Source: Vicugna vicugna (taxonomy: Eukaryota). From it: DNA of 64,000 nucleotides. Where the stretch lies: positions 672,060 through 736,059 of the forward strand of contig MU058793.1 of assembly GCA_013265495.1 (NCBI GenBank), read 5' to 3'. Shown one piece after another: positions 1-11,941 of this stretch. The notes beneath the pieces were generated by a model that worked only from the letters and a program-made list of their open reading frames with translations, searched no databases and was not told the DNA's origin. A program made the translations under genes and the position numbers. Each line of letters begins with the position of its first letter. Position 1 is the first letter of the stretch.

Positions 1-629
1 AGGAATCCCGCTCCTGGGCATATACCCAGAAGGAACCCTACTTCAGGATGACACCTGCACCCCCATGTTCATAGCAGCACTATTTACAATAGCCAAGACA
101 TGGAGACAGCCTAAATGTCCATCAAAGGATGACTGGATAAAGAAGAAGTGGTATATTTATACAATGGCATACTACTCAGCCATAAAAATTGACAACATAA
201 TGCCATTTGCAGCAACTTGGATGCTCCTGGAGAATGTCATTCTAAGTGAAGTAAGCCAGAAAGAGAAAGAAAAATACCATATGAGATTGCTCATATGTGG
301 AATCTAAAAAAACAAAAACAAAAACAAACAAAGCATAAATACAAAACAGAAACAGACTCAGACACAGAATACAAACTTGTGGTTGCCAAGGGGGTGGAGG
401 GTGAGAAGGGATAGACAGGATTTCAAAATTGTAGAACAGATAAACAAGATTATACTGTATCACACAGGGAAATATACACAATATCTTATCGTAGCTCACA
501 GAGAAAAAAATGTGACAATGAATATATATATATATATGTTCATGTATAACTGAAAAATTGTGCTCTACACTGGAATTTGACACAACACTGTAAAATGATT
601 ATAAATCAATAAAAAATGTTAAAAAAAAA
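1..629 (+). mobile_element. Young LINE-1 3' end (ORF2 C-terminus, 3' UTR, poly-A), camelid-type; cut off by the window start
   Basis: ORF 65..307 reads MFIAALFTIAKTW..PKCPS..WIKK.WYIYTM.YYSAIK..F.ATWM.LE..ILSEVSQ, the L1 ORF2 C-terminus; AATAAA near 608; A-tail at 621-629. Confidence 0.95.
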
Positions 630-997
630 GTATTTTGAGGAGTGGTGTTAAAGCAACTGAAGCCATTCTCTTCATTTTTCAGGTTAATGTGAGCCTCAAA
701 CAGTACATTTTCCCCTAAAAATGAAATCTCACTAAAAATAGATAGTGGTGACAGGGATGTGGGTTAATTTAAGCATTTAATTTCGTCTTTCTGTCACAGA
801 AAGAATTGATTATCCTCAAGTTAAAAGGTAAGTCGGTCTAAATGTATTTAAAACAGCCAGGCAATGACATCCTGTTGGGGAGAGGATCCCCAGTGATGAC
901 GGCAAGTATAAACATTTTTTTTTTACAAGCACCAGCAGCCTCAATGCTGCAATCTGAAAGCAGAATACTTCTTTTACAAGCTAAAGAATAAGAGCAA

Positions 998-1015
998 CTT
1001 TTTTTTTTTTTTTTT
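998..1015. repeat. Poly-T homopolymer
   Basis: Uninterrupted T run. Confidence 0.9.
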
Positions 1016-1439
1016 GGATCTCAGTGTCAGAGGTTATGGTCTTGACATTTAGACAGAAAACAGACTGCATGCGTTTTAGATCAAGCTAACACGACTTCTT
1101 TCTAGAATCTGGCTGTAAAAATAGATATATCACACCAGGACTTCTCTGTAAGACACAGAACACAAAACGGCTAGAAAATTACTCTCCATCTCTAATCACA
1201 AGCTCGATTACAGGAAAGTTCTCATCGGGGAAGAAAGTTCCCAAAACTAGGCCAGGGACCTCTGGAAGAGGCACATGACAACCCTTACAAATTACTGACA
1301 CTGTGTATTAGTACAGCAACCACACTTCTGAGTCAAAAATCAGGGCCACTGGTCTGAGAAGCTGTAGTGTTCTTATGAGGGTAAATATTGAAATGAAGAC
1401 TATCACAGAAAATGTAAAAGACAGAATAGTATCTCAGTC

Positions 1440-1600
1440 CTTGGAGTTAAAAACTGGGTTTAAATTGCAAGCACACCAATTCCATGACCATGAGTAAGGC
1501 ATTCTTCCTCACTAAGCCTCAGTTTCCTCATCTGTGTAATGGCCATAATCGTACTACCTTCTTCTCAATGCTGTCATGAGAGTTAAATGAGATACACTGA
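1440..1600 (+). mobile_element. MIR SINE
   Basis: Core aagcctcagtttcctcatctgt and gagagttaaatgagat. Confidence 0.85.
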
Positions 1601-3399
1601 ATATTAAATAAGGTTTCTCTGTGTCATGGAAACCTTTAGAGTCAAAGACAATCAAATAGAGGCCAAACCACCCCCGTAGGACATGCTAAAAAGTTGTCAA
1701 ACTGATTTTTCGACTCTTGGTTCATCAATAGCCTTGAGGGAAGTCGAAACGTTTGATTGAGAAGGCCAGTACCGAGGACTTTCTAAAAATCTCTGGTACA
1801 CACTGTCGCTGTTCAGCATCAAAAGCTTTGGTACCAACAACTTCCACCAGGAAGAGCAACCAATGGAGGGACACACAGTGGAGAGACAAAGCAATGGGTC
1901 ACTTTGGAGGGTGTTGCCAGCATGGCCACCAATTGGTCATTGGTCGGAACAGACAGTAGAGTAAGAGACAGCAGAGAAGGAGATGGCTGATACATAAGGA
2001 TGCTCAAGAGAACAAGTTCTTGGATCTTACAGATTCCTTCTGGGCTGTTTACAAGGAATATGATGGGGTTGGATATCCCACAAGGCAGATACAATTACAG
2101 CCAAAGAAATATTTTTTCTTCATGCCAGCATGGTCTAAGAAATACAGATTCAAATGGATGTGAAAATTCTTAGCCTGTGGAAAAGACATTGTGCTTGAGA
2201 GAAGCAACTCATTGAGGTCACCAGCTGACAGAAGCTGTGAATGCAGTGCTGGTGACCTTCGACAGGACCCCAAAGCCTGGAAGAGGGAGGATGGGGATAG
2301 AGCTCCTAGAAGGAACTGGCATCTCTGGGGCCACAGTAATTCTCCTCAGAGGTGACAGACAGCCCTGAGGAGGAACCTGGAGAAAAATTTGACAATTAAG
2401 ATCAGAAGTTGCCAGAGTTTTCCACTAGAAGAATGATATATCGATAAGACTTCAGTGGATTAAGAGATTAGCTTCTTCTACAATAAAAATGGAAGAGGAA
2501 AAATGTGTTTGAGAGAGAGAGAGAAAGAGACAGAGCAGAGAGAGGAGTAAAAGTCGCTAATAGACTTCTCTGTTCACTCACAAAGAGGACTTCCCTCTGT
2601 CTTGCTGTCACAGCTTGTTTTACAGGCCCCCGCAATGCAAATGCACATCAATGCAGAACGAAATTCTCCAAAGAGAAGATAAAGCTAGATCTAGACTCCT
2701 CCAAAGGAAGAAAGAACTTGGGAAAGAAAGGAAGTCAACCAAGAACGGAAGAAGGCAAGGAGCCAGGGGTGGAGAAAATTAAGCTCCTGATTCCTGAGGG
2801 TGGGACTCTGGTTCTCTCATGACCTTCACAGCATTGAAGCTGCTGAGGAGTTTAGAAGGTGTCTCTCCTGGCCACTCAATATTGGAGGCTCCAGACCCAA
2901 AAGGAAACAGATGATTCTGTTGCAGTTTGGGGCTGGGGGGAAGCAGGAGATGGGAAGGAAAGCCAGCAGGCCCAGAAGCCAACCAACCAAACCTGAGTGT
3001 CCAGCCAGTGTAGGTGCTGGGGCATAAGCTTTGATGCTTGTTAGACAGAATGTCAGGGCTGGAAGGGCCCTGACAAATCCCCAGACCAATAGCATCTGAG
3101 CTTCAGCGATTCAGGATAATGAAGACTTTACATTTGTTTGGCAAATGGAAGGCAGGAAGATACAATGCTGGGTAAGAAGATCATCCATAGAAAAGTCCTC
3201 CACAGAGGGATTCACCAAGCTTACACACAACCCACTCTCAGGAGAGGCTCCCCTCTGTGAGAGGATGGGGGAGGGTTGAGGAGGAAGGGAGAATGGTGGG
3301 AGGGAAGGAGCAAAGCTGATCAGGATACCCCCAGACATCGGTGTGACTGTGGCCACTGAGGGATGACACAGGACTGACAGTATTCATGGAAGTTTTCGG

Positions 3400-3560
3400 A
3401 ACACAAGCTTTGAAGTCAGACTGATCCAGGTTCAAATTCTGCCTCTGTCAGGGCTGTGTAGGACCTTTCTTGTAGACTTGCTGTGAGAATTGAAGTGACT
3501 GTGAAACTCACAGTGCCTGGAACATAAAACACCCAAGAGATCCTCATTGTTTTGATTATT
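3400..3560 (+). mobile_element. MIR SINE (internally deleted)
   Basis: gctttgaagtcagactgatccaggttcaaattctgcctctg ... acagtgcctggaacata. Confidence 0.7.
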
Positions 3561-3999
3561 GTTAATGACTGTCATTGGAGTGTCACCTTCTGTCATCAAC
3601 TCAGGTCGATGGAAGCAGTGTCAGCCCCCACAGGGGTGCAGCAAGTCAGTTTTCAACTCCAGACATTTAAAATCCCCCTTCCTCCCGCCTCCCTTCCCCA
3701 TCACTCCTCCCCCTCCTCCTGAATTCACTGATAGACTCAGGCTTTCAAGCTTTCCTGCAGAGCTCACTCTCCTGGTTATTTTTAGACTTAGAACATTCCA
3801 TGATCCCTGAAAGGGGACACAGAGTTTTGGTCACTGAGCCAGCCCTGGGCCAGGAGTCAAAGATTAGGATTCGAGGCTTGACTCTTGCTTCCTGGACGCC
3901 CATGCTTACGTAAACACTTTTCCTCTCTGGTCCTCAGTTCCCTTCTCCATAGAAAGGTGTACTGACATTCCTTGGGAGGCACTGATGGGCAGTCCCATC

Positions 4000-4165
4000 A
4001 GAACAAAGGTTTTGGAGTCACACAGACCTTGTTCCAGCCTTGGCTGAACAACCCCCCGATGATCTCAGGAAATGATTTGTCTTTCTCGTGTGTCAGTTTC
4101 CTCACCAAAATGGAAGTAACGATAACTCTCTCTCAGGTGGATGTGAAGATTGAGTTCGTTAACAT
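4000..4165 (+). mobile_element. MIR SINE
   Basis: tttggagtcacacagacc ... tcagtttcctcaccaaaatgg ... gtgaagattgag. Confidence 0.75.
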
Positions 4166-4169
4166 CTCT

Positions 4170-4330
4170 TGAGCACTTGTTTTTGGCCAGATGCTCTTCT
4201 GAGAGCTTTACAAGTTTAAAGGCATTTACAGATGAGAAAACCGAGGCACAGAGAGGTTATAGGACTGACCCAAGATCACCCAGCAGCTAGGATTCAACTT
4301 CCAACCATCCCTACCAGTGCACTTTAACTT
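4170..4330 (-). mobile_element. MIR SINE
   Basis: tttacagatgagaaaaccgaggcacagagaggtt is the reverse MIR core. Confidence 0.85.
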
Positions 4331-4554
4331 CTGCTGCCTCCCAGGCTGCCTGCAAAGTGGTCAGCACATGAAAGCACTCAGTAACTATGAGCTGTTATTA
4401 CTCCTTTATGGGGTTTCTGTAAAGATAAGTGAAAGATGTACCTCAAAATACTTTGGAAATTGTAGGTACTATATAAACAGAAGTCAGCCATGCAAAAGGC
4501 ATTATTTCACCAAGGAAACCTGAAATTATAGTTATCCAGTGCCGTCTCCTACAT

Positions 4555-4746
4555 CAGGGGTTGGGAGACCAAATCCAGCCAGCTGCCATCTGCTTTTTTA
4601 AATAAAGTTTTATTGAAACATAGCCATGCATATTCATTTACGTATTGTCTATATCAGAAGTGAATGATTCTGACAGAGACCATATGGTCTCCAAAACCTA
4701 AAACGTGTACTAGCCTTTTATTTTTAAAAAAGTTTGCCAAATTCTG
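4555..4746. mobile_element. MER58A-like hAT-Charlie MITE
   Basis: CAGGGGTTGG...TTGCCAAATTCTG termini; aaataaagttttattgaaacatagccatg core; 8-bp TSD tcctacat (4547-4554) / tcctaaat (4747-4754). Confidence 0.9.
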
Positions 4747-4899
4747 TCCTAAATCATGTATTTTAACCAGAACTCCTCAATAGTCAGCAGATTTGCTCAC
4801 TTGATAACATAGGATATGATGCAGTGGAAAATTTATTGACTTGGGAGTCAGAATAAAACAGCAAAGATACCTGCTCATCCCTGGTCTGGCAGCAGCTAA

Positions 4900-5070
4900 G
4901 TGAGTGTCTCATGTGCATAACCTCACTCAGTCTTCTTTACAAGCCTGTGCAGTGGGATCATTCCCAGGTTACAGACCAAGAAACTGAGGCTCAAAGAGGT
5001 TAAGTAACTTGCTTAAGGCCACACAGCTGGAATACAGGGGAAACAGAACTCAAGTCCAGATCCAAAGCAT
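4900..5070 (-). mobile_element. MIR SINE
   Basis: gaaactgaggctcaaagaggttaagtaacttgcttaaggccacacagctgg. Confidence 0.85.
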
Positions 5071-5238
5071 TACTCCTAACCCTTCCCTCCTGCCTCCTCC
5101 AGGTTCCAGAGCCAGCTTTGTCCCTTCCCAGTCACGCAGGGACTGAAATTTGAGTCTTTATTCAGTCTCGGGTAATGGTTGTCTTTGTCAACTCCAAAGC
5201 ATCCCCTATTACCATTTGTCCTCTGCCCCCCACTTCCA

Positions 5239-5273
5239 ACACACACGCGCGCGCACACAGACACACACACACA
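5239..5273. repeat. (CA)n(CG)n(CA)n compound microsatellite
   Basis: acacacacgcgcgcgcacacagacacacacacaca. Confidence 0.9.
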
Positions 5274-5789
5274 GCTCCTAGTGTTGTATGTCAAGCATGG
5301 GTGGATTAAAAGCAGTAGAACAGATAGGAAATCAATATGTAAATGGGTGGTGGTTTGGTTTTTTTTTACATTTGCACTTCAAAGTCATTTAGCCAATTGT
5401 CAAAATGTCAAGTGTGAGCTTTCTCTCCTTTTCTCTCTCTGCATCCTTCTGCGCTTCCTCGCCTTTCACGGTGTGTGCTGTTTTTGTTGGCCCTGCTACT
5501 GAGGAGGGAGAAGCCCATCAGTTTCATTAGCTCTTTGAAAAACGAGGTGGGCCCAAGTTGGCGAGGTGACAAGGTCACCAAGAGTCATTTATCATTTTCG
5601 ATGAGGCATAATGAACTCCTCGAAGCTGGACTCTAATTTAATTGTCTTCCACTTAATTGAGGAGAAGGAAGCCTGTTCCAAGGTACTGACTGAAGGTGTT
5701 TTTATTGAAACAGAGACAGTTCTTATTTGTAGCCAGTAGGTGACAATTTAAAAAAAAAAAAAACAACTGCTTCTGGTTAAGGTCTCTCA

Positions 5790-6990
5790 ATTTCTCTCTC
5801 TCATTCAATGCAATCTTTATTTTGTGTCTAGTGGAGTCCAGATTTGCCTCTCCACATGGCTCCATCCCCTTCTAGTAAATAATACTACCATCCACTCAGC
5901 TGCCCAGGCTGGAAAGAAAGGAGCCAACCAAGATTTCTCCCACCCTGTAGCCCCATCTGGAAACCCATTAGCAAATCCCATCAGCTCCACTAAAGCTGAC
6001 CATTTCTCATCACCCCTGGTGAGAGCCTCCCTGATTCGAGCCACCACCAAGACTCAGCTAAATACCTATGAAACCTTCTCAGTGTCTTCCTGTTTTCACT
6101 CTTTACCTTCCACAGTTCTTTGTTCACCAAGCAGCCCGTGTGGAAAAATTAAATCAGATGATACCACTTGAATTAGTTATCAATTGCTGCAGAACGAACG
6201 ACTGTCGAATTTAGCAGCTTCAGATAAAGAATAGATAGCTATCATCCCACACAGTTTATGAGGATCAGGAATCTGAAAGCAGCTTAACTAAGTGGTATTG
6301 ATTCAGAATCTCTCATGAGGTTGCAATGATGGGACAGGATGTCAGCCTGGGCTGCTGTCATCCAAAGGCTGGACTGGGGCTGGAAGAGCCACCTTCTCAG
6401 TGGCTCATGCCCATGGCTGTTGGTTGGAGGCCTCAGTTTCCAACCACATGGACCTCTCCTGAAGCTGCTCGAATGTCCTCATGGCATGGCAACTGGCTTC
6501 CTCCAGAGTGAAGAGAGAGAAAGAAAGGCAGGAACTGCAATGTCTTTTACAGCTTCGTCTCAGAAGTCACAGCTGTCATTCCCAATTAGCCTGTTAGTTA
6601 AAGGTCAGTCTTACTCAGTGTGGGAGGATGTGAATACCATGGAGCAAGGATCACTGGGTGCCATCTTGGAAAATGCCTTTTAAGTGACTCCCTTCCTTAA
6701 AACCTTCCAATGGCTTCCTACTGAAATTAGAATAAAATCCCAACTTGCTATGATGGTTTAGTAAGCCCTGTGTGATCTGACCTCTACATACCATCCCCTA
6801 CCCACCTGGCTTCAGCTACTGTAGCCTTCTTTCTGTTCCTCATATTCCTGCCTCAGGACCTTTTCATATGCTGTTCCCTTTGCCTGGAATGTTGTTTTTT
6901 CCCGGGGTTTCACATGGCTGGTTCCCTGTCATTCAAGTCTAAAGGCAAATTGTCATCTCCTGAGAAGCCTACCCCATCTACCCTATCTAA
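5790..6990 (+). mobile_element. LINE-2 (L2) fragment split by an MLT1 LTR
   Basis: L2 motif aaatcagatgataccact resumes after the LTR as actcccttccttaaaaccttccaatggcttcc...gctgttccctttgcctggaatg. Confidence 0.8.
6169..6684 (-). mobile_element. MaLR MLT1-family solo LTR (MLT1F-like) nested in L2
   Basis: tgaattagttatcaattgctgc...caggaatctgaaagcagcttaact...tctctcatgaggttgca...gtgccatcttgga. Confidence 0.8.
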
Positions 6991-7384
6991 CCAGAGAAAA
7001 ACTCATTTATTAATATAAAAATTATTTAGAAAAATGTAATGGATTATTATAGACTGTATTTATTGCCTTTGTAAACACGACCCTCCCTCTACCCACCCTC
7101 TTACTGAGAGTTCAAGAAGGAAACTAACCAAACTGAATTTGGTCTAACGCCTACCTGATCTGATCGTTTAGCTGGAGCTCAGATACTAGGGTAACTTCCC
7201 CTTCCTCCATGTCTCTCTGCGTCTCACACCAGAACCTCACACGTATAGATGGCCCCCAAAAGATGAGCAAGCCCTGGAGCCAAGCAGAGACAGCCACTCT
7301 CTTTACCCTCAATCCATATGAACCTAATCCTTTCAGACTCTTGGTGTGTGTGTGCCTACACGTACCTATCACTTACAGTGCACA

Positions 7385-7600
7385 CTGATGCATCAGGGGC
7401 AGTGCTAAGCACTTCATGACTTCATAAACTGCATCTCATGTAATTCTCACAGCAGACACTTCTCCAAATAGGCAGTCTTACTCCCACTTCACAAATGAGG
7501 AAATGAAGGTGTGCCTGGGACTCTACACCAACCAAACAACATGAGCCAGAGATTCAAATCCTTCTGTCTTGTAACTGCAAAGTCTGTAGGCTTAACAGCC
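7385..7600 (-). mobile_element. MIR SINE
   Basis: gtgctaagcacttca...taattctcacagca...cccacttcacaaatgaggaaatgaagg. Confidence 0.8.
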
Positions 7601-7709
7601 CATTATATCACTCTTTCATTGTTTACAGAGGCACTGTACGTAGTCTTATAGTAATCCACTGCATTTCTCTAAGTAATTTTATATAAATATGTAAGTTCTT
7701 CTTATTTTA

Positions 7710-8100
7710 ATAAACAATGTTTATTGAATACCTGTTATGTACCCAGTTCTGTGCTAGTTTGCTATAGGGTTCCTGAAAAGCATGACATCATTCTAGCCCT
7801 TAAGAAGCTCACAATTATACGTGGGCTTGAGAAGCTAAATAAGAGCAAGTCATTTCTCTAATATTTAGAGAAGTGAGCACATTACAGAAATGAGTAGAGT
7901 AGAGTGGGGAGGGGCATTTAAGTTCATAGGGGACATGAAGTTTGAATTAACCCTTGAAGAATAAGCAAGACTTAAAGAGCAGAAGTGGGAGGGGGCTTTG
8001 TGAGCCAAAGGACCTGCTCTTGCAAAAGTGAGGAGGCAGGACAAATCAGAAAATCATGAGATGACCAGTTTGAGTAAAACGGAAACTGTATGCATGAATG
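7710..8100 (-). mobile_element. L2 3' region
   Basis: aatgtttattgaatacctgttatgtacccagttctgtgctag is the reverse L2 terminus. Confidence 0.7.
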
Positions 8101-8484
8101 TAAATGGTGTAAAAACATAAAATCCATAAAAAAAGAAAATGATATGTGAAGGTTATTAACTAATATGGCAGGTGTCCATAAATACTTGTTGAGTAAAGGA
8201 ATGAGACCTGACATGACAAGAACTAGTCCTTTCCCAAGAGAATATCATTAGATAATTAGCTGGATACCTGACACAGGTGGAACTTGGAACCAAAATGTTT
8301 CTCACTCCTACATCCTGTCTGCCTGCTCTTAAGTAACCCAAATATAAAACTGAGGTAACTGAATAGTCACATGTTTTTAAACAATCATGTGTTTAGGAGC
8401 ATATAAACAAGTACTTCTAAATTTTTCTGTTCTAGCACAGTTCATAAGAACTGAATCTCTTTTACATGGTCTGAATGATGATCA

Positions 8485-8665
8485 GAGTCCAAAAGAGCTG
8501 GTTTCTAAACTTGGCTCAATCACTTCCTAGTTGAATGCCCTGAACAAGGTAAATCACTTTTCTAAGCTCATCTGGAAAATATGGGTAAGAGGACCAGATT
8601 TACAGGGCAACAGTGGGAATTTGTTTAGATAACATCCATATTTTTAGGCACTCAAATATTAGCTT
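8485..8665 (+). mobile_element. MIR SINE
   Basis: agagtccaaaagagctgg...cacttcctagttgaatgccctgaacaagg...catctggaaaatatggg. Confidence 0.7.
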
Positions 8666-8789
8666 TTCTCTCACCAGCCCTGATCTTTTACTCTATCAGG
8701 CAGGCAGTTCAGGTTCGTATAGAAGGGGGAGAAGGAAATAGGCATAGCAGGTGGTGGCAGTCTCATAACTAGGCACATGTGGTGGACAT

Positions 8790-9300
8790 GGATTATTTTG
8801 CTCAGAGTAGCAGCTCCCCTCCTTTCCTGTCTATGCTCCATGTCCCAATTCTAATCATATTACAGACCCTACCTTCCTGGCCAGAATTATTATAGGAAGA
8901 ACTTACCCTAAACCAGGTTGGGCCAATGACAGGGCTCAATGTCTTGGCTATCTTATTATCATACCAGAAATGGGCACCTGACATAAATCAGGCCAATCAG
9001 AGTCCTTCCCTGGAATTTTTGAACCTGAACCAGGAAGACTGGCTGAGTTTCACTTCCTCTCCTCTCTTATCTCCTATTCTAAAGAAGAAGTAGTTCCACA
9101 GTAATTGAAGGTGTGACTTGTCGTATCTAGAGTAGAGCAAGCCTGAGAGAGGCCATCTGAAAAGCATTTTGGTTCCAAGTTCCACCTGCGCCAAGTATCC
9201 AGCCAGCCTTGCCTTCCTTTTTTTGTGAGCCGAGAAACTTCTTCTTTCTGCCTAAATAAATTTGAGTTTGGTTTCTTTTATGTGAAACCCAAAGAACCTT
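8790..9300 (+). mobile_element. Ancient MaLR LTR (MLT1J/K-like)
   Basis: caggccaatcagagtccttccctgg; 3' end aataaatttgagtttggtttc...aacccaaagaacc. Confidence 0.6.
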
Positions 9301-9699
9301 ATGCCAGAAGGAAGAAGGAAATGAACTTGTGTCTGATGACCAATAAAGAGATAAACTCCATTGGAATAAGAGATTTAAGGAATTGTGAGATCAGAGCTGA
9401 ATTAGGAGGGGTGTGAACACCACACAACAGGGAATCACTGAGGCTTTTGGAGGTGGAGCAACATGGTGAAAGCAATCATTTCGGATGAGAAACATGGGGA
9501 GACTCATCCCTGATGAATAACAACAAGTAAAGGCTAGAGGCAGGGAGACCACCTGAGAGACTGTCAGAATTAAAACAGGTTTGATTCCATTGCATTAACC
9601 TTCAGAGGGAAATGGAGAATCACAGAGCTTCACCTTGTTGGCACTCAAGCACTGAAAGCTGCCTCCACCTTCGGAATTTCACTTGACACTGGCCTCATT

Positions 9700-9830
9700 A
9701 GAGAAGAGCTCTATCGACAGTCACGTCAATAATGAGATGTGTAATTAACTCAGATTCCCGCCCCCTCCAGGGGGTGGCCATGGGGAGGGCTGGGAATATA
9801 AAAGCTCAATATCATAGTCAGAGCTTTTAC
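9700..9830 (+). promoter_or_regulatory. Promoter-like motif cluster (CRE-like site, GC box, CTCF-like site, TATA)
   Basis: TCACGTCA 9721-9728; CCCGCCCC 9757-9764; CCTCCAGGGGGTGG; TATAAAAG 9797-9804; unique sequence. Confidence 0.35.
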
Positions 9831-11649
9831 AATGTGTCTTCCTCCAGTGGGTGCCTCACTGACAGCGTGGCTAAATGAGGCTTAATCTGACAATCCCAAC
9901 AATCTATGGTTAACAACATGCCATTGTTGTAATTTGCATTTGGTAAATGCAATTTTTTGGCCGTTTGCTCTCCCCTCAATTTCTCTTCTGGGTTCCTGGA
10001 CCCCTGTGTTCCTCGAGGGGCAAGTTTCCTCTTCAACACCACAAATACCATCTCTGCTATTGGGACACAACAGTTAAATAATGTGAAATTGCACTGATGC
10101 CAGTGAAATAAAAGTGAGTTTTACAAAACTGAGTTCCTTCCCTGAACATAATAACAGTAAATTTCTAGGGTCCTATAGTGTAATATCCATTAGATTTATT
10201 ATGTTGCAATTCCCAGTCCCACTAGTTCTGCCTGAGGGTGAGTATATTACATTTCATCACAGTTTCATTTTCTCCTACAGATGAGAAATGGGAATGCGAT
10301 TGCAGTTTTGTAGCATGCATGTGTTAAATCTGATCTCTAATAAAATCAAACACATCACAACTCAAAGCACTTTAGCACAGTGTCGGCAAAATGAAACACC
10401 ATCTGTCATCATGTAGAGATTGCCTTATTATAACACAAAATCAAACTGCTCAGTGTGAACATTGTTACTTAATAAATGGGTAAATGAAAACTGATAATTA
10501 TGATCTTATTTATTTTAAATGATTACTTAAAGCCACCAAAAGCACAACATAATTTGTCAATTAGACACTCTGGACCCCATAACAGCATATAGAGCAAACA
10601 CCCCTCAGTGAAAATGGTAAACAGACTTGGAGAGAAACAAAGGAGAGAAACTGAGAGGAACTTTCAAGAACTGCCAGACGTGAAAACGAGGAAAGGCGCT
10701 CAAGGCTTGAGAAATCCTGGTGGGTCCTGAGCAGGTGACTGCAGTTTCTATATCAGAATCACCCAGTATTTTCACATGGAAAAAAATCAACAATTTCCAG
10801 GGTGCTGGAATATAATGGTGACAGACTGAGGGCACCAAGGAGAGCTGTCTTGGTTCCCAAGACACCACAGCATCTAAGGTGATGATGTTTCCAACTGTTG
10901 AGGGTGGGAGGTTTTTGACTTGGTTTTAATCTTTCATTTGAATAGAACACTATGAGTCTGGGGTTAGCCATTTCTGAAAACAGATATTAGGGTAGGTAGA
11001 AAACACACCATTTGGGAGTATGAAAGCTGAAGAGAATTAAGGGCACTGACTGTTGTGAATCCACCATAATACAGACGAGGGCTTTACTCGCCTCTGGAAA
11101 AAAGAAAATGGAAACATCGCTGTGACTGTAGATACAAGGTGATGTCTCCTCCTAATGCTTTTACCTATAATCCTGATTATCTTCCCTGATAAAATCGCAA
11201 CCATTCCTGGGATCCTGCAAGATGTGACAAGAGTCTGCAAGCCCAGGAGTACATAGAAATGCCTCCTGTCCCCGTGCTAAGCAGTCTGATGCAGGGATAC
11301 TACACAGGGATTAACAATTCTGGACTCTTCCGTTGGTGTGACATCCAGTTTTTCAGAATTTTACAAATACTGCAAATTCTCTTAGTCCCTGAGACATTGA
11401 TGGAAGGTTTGTAGATCTCTACTAGGTTTCCCAAACTTCCCCTAAGACCTAGAAATGATATCTTAAATGGCAGAAGAAATAAATTGAGTCTGGAAAAAAA
11501 TACAGTCTACTGCCATCTTACTATGCTCCTCCCCCAAAACTTTAAAGGGAACTTTTTATGGAGGGATGGTCGTAAATGTCACCATATGATTTTGTTTCTT
11601 AACTTCGAGAAAATTTTATTACATGGTGGTTTCATCTCTAATGCTCAAT

Positions 11650-11935
11650 TCAATTAGGTAAATATTTTTGGAGCTCTTGCTATATTTAAATCAAAGAGAT
11701 GATTTAAATAAATGAGCAGTTTGCATTTGTGTGCAATTTGCAACATAGTTAGAGAGAGAAAACTTGTAAGGATGAGAATATGTGGTAAAAGAAGGTAAAA
11801 TTGCATTCAAAGAAAAACAGTCTTTGTAGTGGGAAAGGGCATTTCCAGTTGAGGCGATTGGGAAAGGCTCATAAAGGAGGTTGCATATGGAATGGACTTT
11901 GAAGAACTCAAGACGTAAAGAGGATGATGTAAAAG
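11650..11935 (-). mobile_element. L2 fragment
   Basis: aaatatttttggagctcttgctata...ggaaaggctcataaaggaggttgcatatggaatggactttgaaga. Confidence 0.55.
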
Positions 11936-11941
11936 AAGACG

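Noticed and set aside
65..307. 80-aa ORF with real protein similarity
   Set aside because: It is the C-terminus of LINE-1 ORF2 inside a retroposon, not a host gene
1620..2460. Complex unique-looking stretch with overlapping short ORFs, possible processed pseudogene
   Set aside because: No recognisable protein in the given frames and no poly-A/TSD; may be an unrecognised ancient repeat. tBLASTx or Dfam would be needed
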